The notes below the pieces were generated by a model. The model did no database searches. It saw only the letters and a list, made by a program, of their open reading frames with translations, and had not been told where the DNA came from. 64,000 bases of DNA from Bacteroidota bacterium (GTDB lineage Bacteria > Bacteroidota > Bacteroidia > 2-12-FULL-35-15): positions 3,147 through 67,146 of the forward strand of contig JAZKBF010000037.1 of the NCBI GenBank assembly GCA_040388745.1, read 5' to 3'. Position 1 is the first letter of the stretch; each line of letters starts with the position of its first letter. Positions 1 to 9,426 of the stretch are shown piece by piece. Made by a program: the position numbers and the translations under genes.

Positions 1-2
1 CA

Positions 3-1217
3 TTGACCGGAGAATGGACGAATACAAAACAAGTTATAGAAGGCCTGCTTGCAACTTTGCAGGCAAATCCGGAAGATAATAAATCAAAATTAAAACTTGC
101 ACAAGCATATATTCAAGAAGCGCGCGTAACAGGAGATCACGGATATTATGATAACGCAGCGCTTGAATTGCTGGAAGATATTATAAAAGCAGAACCTTCA
201 AATTTTGATGCTTTGTGTTGCAAGGCAACCGTATTACTTTCACAACACCACTTTTCAGAAGGTCTTGTTATTGCAAACCAAGCATTGCCGCTTAATCCAA
301 ACAGCGCCTTTATTTATGGTCTTATGTGCGATGCCAATGTTGAATTAGGGAAATATGAAGATGCTGTAACGATGGCAGATAAAATGGTTTCGATAAGGCC
401 GGATATCCGATCGTATTCACGAATTTCCTACCTGCGAGAAATATATGGCGATTACAAAGGTTCTATTGAAGCCGCTAAAATGGCCGTATCTTCAGGCTAT
501 CCCGGACTGGAACAAACTGAATTTTCAAGGATCATATTAGCACACCTTTACGAAACTAACGGCAAATTAGATACTGCCGAATACCAATATCATACAGCTT
601 TAAACGAACGACCTGATTACGCCTTTGCCATTGCAGGTTTGGGACGTGTCGAAAAAACAAAAGGAAATTATAAACAGGCAATTGAATACTTTGAAAAAGC
701 AAAAACAATGATCATCGAATATTCATTTACCGATGAATTAACCGATCTGTATCACCTTAACAATGAAGAAGAAAAAGCGAAAAGATCAGCTCAGGAAGTA
801 ATTGATATGTTAAAGCCCGGATCAAACGAAGATGAAAGCAGCACGGCCCACGGCCATTATGCCGACAAGGAACTGGCCTATGCCTATTTAAAAAATTCGG
901 ATAACGAAAATGCCCTAAAACATGCAAAACTGGAATATGAGAGAAGACCCGACAACATTGATGTTTGTGAAGCAATGGCTTGGGTAAATTATAAAAAAAG
1001 TGACTACAAGGAGGCAAATAAATTTATAAATACAGCCTTAAAAACAAACTCTAAGAATCCGATTCTTTTATGCCGCGCAGGATTAATAAAAATAAAATCG
1101 GGTGAACAGGCAAAAGGGGAAAAAATGATAAAAGAAGCCTTTGATACCAACCCTTTTATTGCCGATATTGTGTTAAAAGACGAAGCATCAAAATATCTAA
1201 CTGTTAATAATAAATAG
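3..1217 (+). CDS. Tetratricopeptide repeat protein, probably 5'-truncated by the window edge; type often found with DUF4331 and HupE/UreJ genes
   Basis: Repeated helical TPR patterns (AFIYGLMCDANVELGKYEDA, AIAGLGRVEKTKGNYKQAIEYFEKA). Stop is 2 nt before the HupE/UreJ start. First codon is a TTG at the window edge. Confidence 0.85.
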   Translation: MTGEWTNTKQVIEGLLATLQANPEDNKSKLKLAQAYIQEARVTGDHGYYDNAALELLEDIIKAEPSNFDALCCKATVLLSQHHFSEGLVIANQALPLNPNSAFIYGLMCDANVELGKYEDAVTMADKMVSIRPDIRSYSRISYLREIYGDYKGSIEAAKMAVSSGYPGLEQTEFSRIILAHLYETNGKLDTAEYQYHTALNERPDYAFAIAGLGRVEKTKGNYKQAIEYFEKAKTMIIEYSFTDELTDLYHLNNEEEKAKRSAQEVIDMLKPGSNEDESSTAHGHYADKELAYAYLKNSDNENALKHAKLEYERRPDNIDVCEAMAWVNYKKSDYKEANKFINTALKTNSKNPILLCRAGLIKIKSGEQAKGEKMIKEAFDTNPFIADIVLKDEASKYLTVNNK

Positions 1218-1219
1218 AT

Positions 1220-1897
1220 ATGACGTTCCGTAAAAAACTCGGATATTCTTTTGTTATTTTAGTTGTATTGCAGTTGTTTGTCTTTTCGAATAATGCAAAT
1301 GCGCATGCAATTGACCTGAGCAAATTTTCGAAATCCGATGTTGCCCTGATATATATGAAACTTGGGTTCGAGCACATCATCCCCCTGGGACTTGATCACA
1401 TCTTGTTTGTTCTAAGCTTGTTTTTTCTAAGTCATAAATTAAAAACGATCATCTGGCAGGCCACGGCTTTTACAGTAGCGCATTCAATTACCCTTGGTTT
1501 GGCGATGTATGGAGTAATTTCTCCTCCTACTTATATTGTTGAACCGGTAATTGCTCTATCAATAATGTTTATAGCAGTTGAAAATATTATTTCTGATAAA
1601 TTAAGACCATCACGGATATTGATCGTATTTGCCTTTGGATTGATACACGGAATGGGCTTTGCAAGTGTATTAACCGAATTAGGTTTGCCGCAAAATCAGT
1701 TTTTAAGTTCTTTGCTGGCCTTTAATATAGGGGTGGAACTGGGGCAGATCACAGTTATTTTATTAGCATGGATTTTAGTAGTTAAGTGGTTTCATCAAAA
1801 AACCTGGTATAGGGAACGTATTGTTGTTCCTATATCTGCTATCATTGCTATTGTTGCACTCTACTGGACAGTAGAACGAACTTTTTTTCAACTTTAG
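1220..1897 (+). CDS. HupE/UreJ family membrane protein
   Basis: Signal peptide ending ANA-H. Motifs GFEHIIPLGLDHILF, TAFTVAHSITL, FGLIHGMGFA and FNIGVELGQ. Confidence 0.9.
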   Translation: MTFRKKLGYSFVILVVLQLFVFSNNANAHAIDLSKFSKSDVALIYMKLGFEHIIPLGLDHILFVLSLFFLSHKLKTIIWQATAFTVAHSITLGLAMYGVISPPTYIVEPVIALSIMFIAVENIISDKLRPSRILIVFAFGLIHGMGFASVLTELGLPQNQFLSSLLAFNIGVELGQITVILLAWILVVKWFHQKTWYRERIVVPISAIIAIVALYWTVERTFFQL

Positions 1898-1931
1898 ATC
1901 CAGGAACATAATAATATCGTATATCCTTAAA

Positions 1932-2315
1932 ATGATTCGGACCAAACAAATAAAACAAACAATTATTTATGCATTTATATGCATTTATTCGTTTGCTTTA
2001 TTAAAACCGATCACGCCTGTTGTAAATGATCTGGTTGCCCATACATTTTACAAAATGCAACATTTGGCAACGGTTCATTACGAAAACGGAAAACATCACC
2101 TTCATATTGAATTATCAAGTGAAACAGATCAAAAAAAAGAGGACTCAAAAGGAAATGTACCTTCATCTATTTATGAAACATTAGCAAATCACATTGGCAA
2201 CAAAACCGAAGAGTTGAATATAGAGATCGCTATACCATTAACAATTATTCCACATAAAACCCAACACATTCTTGATGTGTTTATTAAGAACCCCACTCCT
2301 CCACCCCAAGCCTGA
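1932..2315 (+). CDS. Small His-rich protein with N-terminal hydrophobic segment and Pro-rich C-terminus, upstream of a TonB receptor
   Basis: 127 aa, one hydrophobic helix, His cluster AHTFYKMQHLATVHYENGKHHLHIEL, ends KNPTPPPQA. Co-oriented within the locus. Confidence 0.7.
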   Translation: MIRTKQIKQTIIYAFICIYSFALLKPITPVVNDLVAHTFYKMQHLATVHYENGKHHLHIELSSETDQKKEDSKGNVPSSIYETLANHIGNKTEELNIEIAIPLTIIPHKTQHILDVFIKNPTPPPQA

Positions 2316-2353
2316 TTTTCTAAGATCATTTATTTCAAAGAAAAGTTTAAGAT

Positions 2354-2524
2354 TAAACTTTATATAAGTTAATTAGTTAGTGTGATCAGCCGCAATTCTC
2401 GACAAGCTCGAAATGACCGCGCGCTTGGTCATTTCGAGCTTGTCGAGAAAATTGTGTGTAAGCATTTGTAACTCCAATTTTCGTTGTAAACGTTATGATG
2501 CATTTTAACTTTATATAATGCCTA
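2354..2524. mobile_element. Degenerate MITE-like element, copy 1, with internal REP-like hairpin
   Basis: Ends taaactttatataagtta (2354-2371) and taactttatataatgccta (2506-2524) resemble the perfect terminal inverted repeats at 23202-23396, in opposite orientation. Confidence 0.55.
2396..2449. repeat. REP-like perfect palindrome
   Basis: 23-bp arms ttctcgacaagctcgaaatgacc / ggtcatttcgagcttgtcgagaa with an 8-nt loop. Confidence 0.9.
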
Positions 2525-2654
2525 TTTATTAAACATTTATTTTATCTCTCCACCATTGCATGGTATTGGATGCTATAAAAGATATAGAAAAAGATTGTTT
2601 TAAAATTATTTAAACCGGGAGGATTTTTATTCTCTTCTAATCTCGTAGTGATTT

Positions 2655-4961
2655 ATGAGTGAAATTATATTTAAACCTCAACACCTGATACTTGTTGTAT
2701 TGCTGCTTATTTGCAGCAGTATAAAAGCACAAACCGCATCCATTTCAGGAATTATAAAAGATAAAGAAACAGGTTTACCTATAGAAGATGTCGTAGTAAG
2801 CATAGAAAAGAAAAACTGCCATACAGATGCAGCAGGAAAGTTTTCTTATTTTTCTCTTGTTGCAGGAACTTATGAAATTGATATTAATAAATTTGGTTAC
2901 GAAAAACAAGTGTTTTCAGTCACTGTGGTTGACAATGAAAATAAACAAATAGATATAACATTTGTATTCAATGCTAAAACCCTTAATACAATTGATATTG
3001 AAACGGATAGGCCTGTATCAGCGGCCTCATCAAAATATTTGAGTCAGGTTGATTTTGAAAACCGGCCTAAGAATTCTGCACAAGATATGCTTCGTCTTGT
3101 GCCTGGCTTATTTATTGCGCAGCATGCGGGTGGTGGCAAGGCCGAACAAATATTTATCAGGGGCTTTGATTGCGACCACGGAACTGATGTGGCTACTTTT
3201 GTTGATGGCATACCGGTAAATATGCCCAGTCATGGGCATGGACAAGGATATATGGATCTCCATTTTTTGATCCCCGAGGTGGTGAAAAGTATGGATGTGT
3301 TTAAGGGGCCATATGCTCCGCAATATGGTGATTTCTCTACAGGAGCTGCAGTAGGGTTCAATACAGTTGATACACTTGGAAACAACCTTATTCAACTGGA
3401 ATCTGGCTATGTGCCTGATGCTTCTGCGATCACAGCAAAGCGCGGTTTATTTTTATTACAATTACCGGATATCAATTCAAAAATAACTTCATACGTTGCT
3501 GCAGATATTATTAATAACCGCGGCTATTTTCAACAAAGCCAGAATTTTAATCGTGTCAGTTTTTTTTCTAAAACAGTAGTAACATTTAATGATCACAGTA
3601 CTGTTAAATTCACGGCAGGTGGTTTTGGTTCATCCTGGGATGCATCTGGGCAGGTACCTGAAAGAGCCGTGAAAGCCGGAACAATCAGTCGCTTTGGAGG
3701 TATTGATAATTCCGAAGGAGGAACAACTCAACGCAATAATTTTAATCTGACCTACCATACTCAGGTAAAAGGCTCAGAGTTTGAAACACAGGTATATGCC
3801 TCAACCTATCGTTTTAAATTATTTTCAAATTTTACTTTCTACGCAGATGATTCCATTAATGGAGATATGATAGAACAGGATGATGACCGAACTGTGCGTG
3901 GAATAAATTCACATTATACGGTTGCTCATAAATTAGGAAGTATGAATAATAAATTTACAATTGGTGCATCGTTCAGAGCAGATGACATTGAAAATCAATT
4001 ATGGCACTCTCCTAAACGGGTGCGTTTGAGACCTCGCGCAAGCGCAAATATTCAGGAGCGATCATCAGGGATATATGCAAATGAAGTGTTTCGGTTCAGT
4101 GATCATTTTAGGGCAGAACTTGGATTGCGCTATGATTATTTTACATTTGACGTAGATGATCTATTGCCAACAGACTCCACACGCCTAAATTATTCAGGCT
4201 ACAATTACCAGGTATTATTGAGCCCAAAATTAAATTTAATTTATTCTGCCAACGATCATTTTCAAGTTTTCATAAATGCCGGTAGCGGATATCATTCAAA
4301 TGATGCAAGAGCCGTAGTTCAGGATCCACGGAATCATCAATTGCCACGATCTGTAGGGGCTGAAGTTGGGGCTATTGCACATGCAGGAACCCGTTTAGTT
4401 GTTTCTGGCGCACTTTGGTGGCTTGATCTTTCAAATGAGCTTATATATGTTGGAGATGATGGAACAACAGAGGATAAAGGCTCAAGTAGAAGGTCGGGTA
4501 TAGATCTAAGCGCACGTTTACAAATCACACCCTGGTTATTTGCCGATGCCGATCTAAATATTTCAAAAAATGTTTTTACTGATACGCTATTCGGGGCTCA
4601 GGAAAAAACGGATTTCCTGGTACCGCTTGCACCAACAGCAACCTCAACAGGGGGGCTTACTGTAAAATTAAAAAAAGGCTTTGAAGCAAGTATCCGCTAT
4701 CGATATATAGCAGACAGGCCTGCAAATGAAACAAACACAGTGATAGCACACGGATATAATGTAGTTGATCTTTCAGCTAATTATAGAACAAAACATATTA
4801 AGATCGGGTTAGTGATCGAAAATTTATTAAACACAGATTGGAATGAAGCGCAGTTTAATACTGAAAGCCGTTTGCCATTTGAAAGTAAATCCGTTGAAGA
4901 GTTGCACTTTACACCGGGAACTCCATTTTCTGCAAAAATAATGATTGGGTATCTCTTTTAA
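2655..4961 (+). CDS. TonB-dependent receptor with N-terminal carboxypeptidase-regulatory-like domain, probably metal uptake
   Basis: Signal peptide, ISGIIKDKETGLPI N-domain, plug motif QHAGGGKAEQIFIRGFDCDHGTD...HGHGQGY, beta-barrel ending in C-terminal Phe (GYLF). Confidence 0.92.
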   Translation: MSEIIFKPQHLILVVLLLICSSIKAQTASISGIIKDKETGLPIEDVVVSIEKKNCHTDAAGKFSYFSLVAGTYEIDINKFGYEKQVFSVTVVDNENKQIDITFVFNAKTLNTIDIETDRPVSAASSKYLSQVDFENRPKNSAQDMLRLVPGLFIAQHAGGGKAEQIFIRGFDCDHGTDVATFVDGIPVNMPSHGHGQGYMDLHFLIPEVVKSMDVFKGPYAPQYGDFSTGAAVGFNTVDTLGNNLIQLESGYVPDASAITAKRGLFLLQLPDINSKITSYVAADIINNRGYFQQSQNFNRVSFFSKTVVTFNDHSTVKFTAGGFGSSWDASGQVPERAVKAGTISRFGGIDNSEGGTTQRNNFNLTYHTQVKGSEFETQVYASTYRFKLFSNFTFYADDSINGDMIEQDDDRTVRGINSHYTVAHKLGSMNNKFTIGASFRADDIENQLWHSPKRVRLRPRASANIQERSSGIYANEVFRFSDHFRAELGLRYDYFTFDVDDLLPTDSTRLNYSGYNYQVLLSPKLNLIYSANDHFQVFINAGSGYHSNDARAVVQDPRNHQLPRSVGAEVGAIAHAGTRLVVSGALWWLDLSNELIYVGDDGTTEDKGSSRRSGIDLSARLQITPWLFADADLNISKNVFTDTLFGAQEKTDFLVPLAPTATSTGGLTVKLKKGFEASIRYRYIADRPANETNTVIAHGYNVVDLSANYRTKHIKIGLVIENLLNTDWNEAQFNTESRLPFESKSVEELHFTPGTPFSAKIMIGYLF

Positions 4962-5040
4962 ATTATTTTTTGTACAAGAAAGCACACTATTTTTTTATGA
5001 TTCCTGTTAAGCTTCATTCAAGGGAGTCTTTATTATATCA

Positions 5041-5073
5041 AGACCTGTAAGGTTTTGAAAATCTGACAGGTCT
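5041..5073. repeat. REP-like palindrome, CCTGTCAGG-N-CCTGACAGG family
   Basis: agacctgtaaggttttgaaaatctgacaggtct. Relatives at 26006-26045 and 37765-37791. Confidence 0.75.
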
Positions 5074-5237
5074 GAATATTGAAAATTTGTCGAACTTCAT
5101 TCCTCCTTTTTCGAAAAGAACCTTGTTAATATTTCGTAAATTCGTACAATCTCTAAAAGCAACGAAACGATCAATATATTTAGATTTGATATACTAAAAT
5201 CCAATTTCAATTTTGATTTTTGGATACTCACATCATT

Positions 5238-7784
5238 ATGACAGATCAGCTCCCTATCCACGAAATCATTCCCGAGATAAAAAAAAACTTAATACAACAC
5301 AATACCATTATTCTACAAGCTCCACCAGGAGCGGGAAAGAGCACCATACTTCCACTTCAGTTATTAGATGAACCCTGGTTGAAAGGAAAAAAAATACTGA
5401 TGCTGGAACCGCGCAGACTTGCTGCAAGGGCAGTTGCCAACCGGATGTCATCACTCATTAACGAACAGGTTGGAACCACAGTAGGTTACAGAGTTCGTTT
5501 TGATAATAAAGTAAGCAAACAAACCCGGATAGAAGTACTTACAGAAGGTATTCTTACCCGAATGTTGCAACAGGACAATACATTGGAAGATGTTGGATTG
5601 GTGATATTCGATGAATTTCATGAACGAAGTTTACATGCTGATTTGGCCCTTGCATTATGCCGTGAAATGCAGCAGGTAATTCGTGATGATCTGCGAATAT
5701 TAATTATGTCAGCTACACTTGATGGAGAAAAACTTTCTTCACTTCTTGGCAATGCTCCTGTATTGACAAGTGCCGGAAGGCAATATCCGATTGAGCTATT
5801 TTATTTACCTCAAGATAATACAAGTTCATCTTCGCTCAGCACAAACGTTACTATTCCGATGCAAATGGCTAAGGCTGTTCGCAAAGCACTTTCAGATCAC
5901 GAAGGGGATATACTTGTATTTCTGCCGGGAGCAGGTGAAATACAGCGCACTCAGGAATTATTGGAGAACGAATTTGTCAGTTCGAGCACTTCGACTTCGC
6001 TCAGTGCAGGCTCTGTCGAGAACATCAGCATTCACCCTTTATTTGGCGACCTTCCTTTACATAAACAACAAGAAGCTATAATGCCTCATCCGCAGGGGAA
6101 AAGGAAGGTAGTACTTTCTACCTCTATTGCAGAAACCAGTTTAACCATCGAAGGAATTAAAATAGTGATTGACAGCGGCTATTGCAGGTCTCCACGTTTT
6201 GATCCTAAAACAGGACTGACCCGTTTAGATACTATTCGTGTAACACAAGATATGGCTACCCAACGTGCAGGTCGCGCAGGACGAACTTCTCCAGGTGTTT
6301 GTTATCGACTTTGGAACCAGGCTTCGCATCAACATTTGTTACCGCATCGCAATCCTGAAATATTGGAAGCCGATCTGGCTCCTACTATTATTGAACTTGC
6401 ACAATGGGGAATACAAGATTTAAATACACTTGCATGGCTCAGTCCACCACCAGCAAGTGCAGTAAGCCAAGCCCAGCGTATATTGGAAGAGTTGGGTGCT
6501 TTAAATTCCGCTAAAATTACAAAGCGCGGTAAAGAAATGCTTCGTTTACCAACACATCCCCGTATTGCACATTTACTCTTGGAAGGACAAGAATTTGGCT
6601 TGATAGCGCTTGCAACAGACGTTGCTGCCATACTCGAAGAGCGCGATCCATTGCAGAAAGAAGCAGGTGCTAACCTTACATTGCGAATAGAGGCACTAAG
6701 AAGATGGCGTAACAAAGAATATGTTTCTGCCGATAAAAATGTGTTGGAACGCATTGAAAGACTTGCATCGCAATGGCGAAAACACTTTTCTGTTTCACAG
6801 AACAATGCAGCTCCCGTTGATCAGGAGGTTGGAAAACTATTGGCAGCCGCGTATCCCGAACGTATTGCCAAACAACGTGAACAAAGCCATCGGTACCGAC
6901 TGTCAAATGGAAAAATTGTAAAGTTGAATGAACATGATCCATTAAGTCACGAAACATATCTGGCAGTAGCACACCTGGATGCAGGAACGGCCGAAGGACG
7001 GATCTACCTTGCAGCACCACTCAGTCCTGACGACATTTTACATCTTGCAACCGAAAAAAAAGTAATTACATGGGATGCTCAAAATGGAATACTGGTTGCC
7101 AGAAATGAAAAACGAATTGGTGATATCATACTTGAAAGCAAACCACTGAAAATTATTCCGGAAGAGGAACGAATAAAAATTTTATGTGATGTAGTTCGCA
7201 AAGAAGGCCTTTCCATTCTCAATCAAACTGAACAAATTCTTGAGTGGAAAGCACGTATATCAAGCATCAACGTATGGAGACCCAATGAAGAATGGCCTGA
7301 CATAAGCGATGAAAATTTATTAAATACGCTTGAAGAATGGCTTGCACCCTATATTACTTCAATTAAAAAAAGAGAAGAATTTTTAAAGCTCGACCTGTAT
7401 ATGATCTTGTCTGGATTATTATCCTATCAGCAAACACAACAACTCGATATTCTTGCACCCTCTAAAATAAAAGTCCCAAGCGGATCAATGATCTCATTAA
7501 CCTATCAGCCTGACGGAACAAACCCTGTTCTTGCTGTTCGTTTACAGGAAATGTTCGGATTATTGGATACTCCAGCAGTAAATGAAGGACGAATGAAAGT
7601 GATTTTACATTTGCTTTCACCGGGATACAAGCCGGTACAAATTACACAGGATTTAAAAAGTTTTTGGAAAAACGCCTATCCGGAAGTACGTAAAGAATTA
7701 AGGATACGCTACAAACGTCATCATTGGCCGGAAGACCCCTGGACAGCAGAAGCAATGGCAGGTGCGAAGAAAAGAGGGACTTAA
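5238..7784 (+). CDS. hrpB: ATP-dependent RNA helicase HrpB
   Basis: Walker A APPGAGKST, DEFHER, MSAT, STSIAETSLTI, QRAGRAGR, and HrpB C-terminus (VRLQEMFG...HHWPEDP). ATG 5238 preferred over TTG 5220. Confidence 0.95.
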   Translation: MTDQLPIHEIIPEIKKNLIQHNTIILQAPPGAGKSTILPLQLLDEPWLKGKKILMLEPRRLAARAVANRMSSLINEQVGTTVGYRVRFDNKVSKQTRIEVLTEGILTRMLQQDNTLEDVGLVIFDEFHERSLHADLALALCREMQQVIRDDLRILIMSATLDGEKLSSLLGNAPVLTSAGRQYPIELFYLPQDNTSSSSLSTNVTIPMQMAKAVRKALSDHEGDILVFLPGAGEIQRTQELLENEFVSSSTSTSLSAGSVENISIHPLFGDLPLHKQQEAIMPHPQGKRKVVLSTSIAETSLTIEGIKIVIDSGYCRSPRFDPKTGLTRLDTIRVTQDMATQRAGRAGRTSPGVCYRLWNQASHQHLLPHRNPEILEADLAPTIIELAQWGIQDLNTLAWLSPPPASAVSQAQRILEELGALNSAKITKRGKEMLRLPTHPRIAHLLLEGQEFGLIALATDVAAILEERDPLQKEAGANLTLRIEALRRWRNKEYVSADKNVLERIERLASQWRKHFSVSQNNAAPVDQEVGKLLAAAYPERIAKQREQSHRYRLSNGKIVKLNEHDPLSHETYLAVAHLDAGTAEGRIYLAAPLSPDDILHLATEKKVITWDAQNGILVARNEKRIGDIILESKPLKIIPEEERIKILCDVVRKEGLSILNQTEQILEWKARISSINVWRPNEEWPDISDENLLNTLEEWLAPYITSIKKREEFLKLDLYMILSGLLSYQQTQQLDILAPSKIKVPSGSMISLTYQPDGTNPVLAVRLQEMFGLLDTPAVNEGRMKVILHLLSPGYKPVQITQDLKSFWKNAYPEVRKELRIRYKRHHWPEDPWTAEAMAGAKKRGT

Positions 7785-7952
7785 AAACAGCATCGCACTT
7801 TTGCAATACACTAAAACAATCCAAAATATAAAATTTGAATTACACTATAAGTCGTGAAATTAGTGTCACCCAAACAATAACAACAATTTTCTAACATTTT
7901 TGCTTTTATTTATAAATATCATTACCTTTAACAAACACAAAAAATAAAATTC

Positions 7953-9257
7953 ATGAAAAAATTTTACTCTTTAATTACAGGAAGCTTATTAGTAGTCACT
8001 TCCTCTACACAATTAAATGCTCAGTGTGGTAACCGTTACCACGATTTTATTTTTTCTGGAGCTACCGTAACCAGTAACATTGTTTATGGAAATAATGTTA
8101 CTTTTAATAATTCTGCTTCAATTTTAAAGCTTGATGTATATCGTCCAACAGGTGATACAGATACACTTCGCCCTTTGATAATTTTTGCTCATGGTGGAAG
8201 TTTTGTTGGAGGAAGCAAGACAGGAGCAGATATGATACCATTGTGTACTGATTTTGCAAAAATGGGTTATGTAACAGCCTCTATTGATTACCGATTATTT
8301 ATGACTGATTTGCCTTTCCCTGGACCGGATTCAAATGATGCCGGAGGAGCTGTTATGCGCGCAGTGCATGATGCCCGTGCAGCTGTACGTTTTTTTCGTA
8401 AAAATTATACCGAAGGTGGTAACACTTATGGGATAGATACTAATAATATTTATTTTGGTGGAGTATCTGCCGGTGGTTTTGTAGCATTGCACCTTGCCTA
8501 TATGAATGAATTAAGTGAATTTCCAACTTATATAGATACAACCGGAGTAACAGTAGGAACAAAAACAGGACAAAAGGGTCTTCTTGGTGGTATTGAAGGC
8601 ATGAGTGGTAGTCAAGGTTACTCCTCAAAGGTAAAAGCAATTTTAAATCTTTCAGGAGCATTATCCGATACAGCATGGATTCATACCGGAGATATTCCTT
8701 TATTTAGTTCTCACGGAACAGGAGATGGTACTGTACCCTATGGAACAGCGTTGATCTATTTACAACCACCTGCAACTTATCCAATTCAAATTGTTGATGG
8801 AAGTTCATCTGTAGCGGCAAAAGCTAATCAGGTTGGTGTTGTAAATTGTTTCAAGTCTTACTTATCAAATAGCCACGTACCGGAAGGTGATGCGCCATAC
8901 TATGACACAACTCTTTGTTTGGCAAGAAACTTTTTAGAACATTTCACCTGCGGTATACCCTTTAATTGTAATTACACAGCTATGGTTACTAGTATAAGGG
9001 ATTTAACAGCTAATGATGCAACTATTAATGTTTATCCTAACCCTGCATATACTGCCTTAACTGTTGATCTAAAAGCATTCTCTGGCAAAAACATTAACAT
9101 TGAACTATATGATGCTTTGGGTCGTAAAGTTAAAGAGATCACTAAAATTAAAACAGAGCAACACACAATTGCACGTGGCAATTTACCCAATGGTATTTAT
9201 TTGATCAACGTTATTGTAGAAGGAAAAATTTACAGCAAAAAAATAATGTTTGAATAA
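7953..9257 (+). CDS. Secreted alpha/beta hydrolase (carboxylesterase/lipase-like) with T9SS type A sorting domain
   Basis: Signal peptide, HGGSF oxyanion motif, GVSAG nucleophile elbow, HGTGDGTVPY, and C-terminal VYPNPA...GKIYSKKIMFE. Confidence 0.88.
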   Translation: MKKFYSLITGSLLVVTSSTQLNAQCGNRYHDFIFSGATVTSNIVYGNNVTFNNSASILKLDVYRPTGDTDTLRPLIIFAHGGSFVGGSKTGADMIPLCTDFAKMGYVTASIDYRLFMTDLPFPGPDSNDAGGAVMRAVHDARAAVRFFRKNYTEGGNTYGIDTNNIYFGGVSAGGFVALHLAYMNELSEFPTYIDTTGVTVGTKTGQKGLLGGIEGMSGSQGYSSKVKAILNLSGALSDTAWIHTGDIPLFSSHGTGDGTVPYGTALIYLQPPATYPIQIVDGSSSVAAKANQVGVVNCFKSYLSNSHVPEGDAPYYDTTLCLARNFLEHFTCGIPFNCNYTAMVTSIRDLTANDATINVYPNPAYTALTVDLKAFSGKNINIELYDALGRKVKEITKIKTEQHTIARGNLPNGIYLINVIVEGKIYSKKIMFE

Positions 9258-9278
9258 TAGTATTGAAGCATTTAACAG

Positions 9279-9308
9279 AAAACGTCCCGTAATTTGCGGG
9301 ACGTTTTT
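9279..9308 (+). terminator. Intrinsic terminator
   Basis: aaaacgtcccgt-aattt-gcgggacgttttt just after the hydrolase stop. Confidence 0.8.
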
Positions 9309-9426
9309 ATTATAAGGCCAATATGCTTTAATAACGCTTTTATTAAAAAACAGCAATTTGACTTTGTGATCCTTAGTGCTTCTTTGTGCCTTTTGGTAAA
9401 AAAATATAATTTGAATTCATAATCAA

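Noticed and set aside
2316-2654. Cobalamin or other riboswitch before the TonB receptor
   Set aside because: No B12-box or other aptamer consensus recognised; the stem present belongs to a repeat family.
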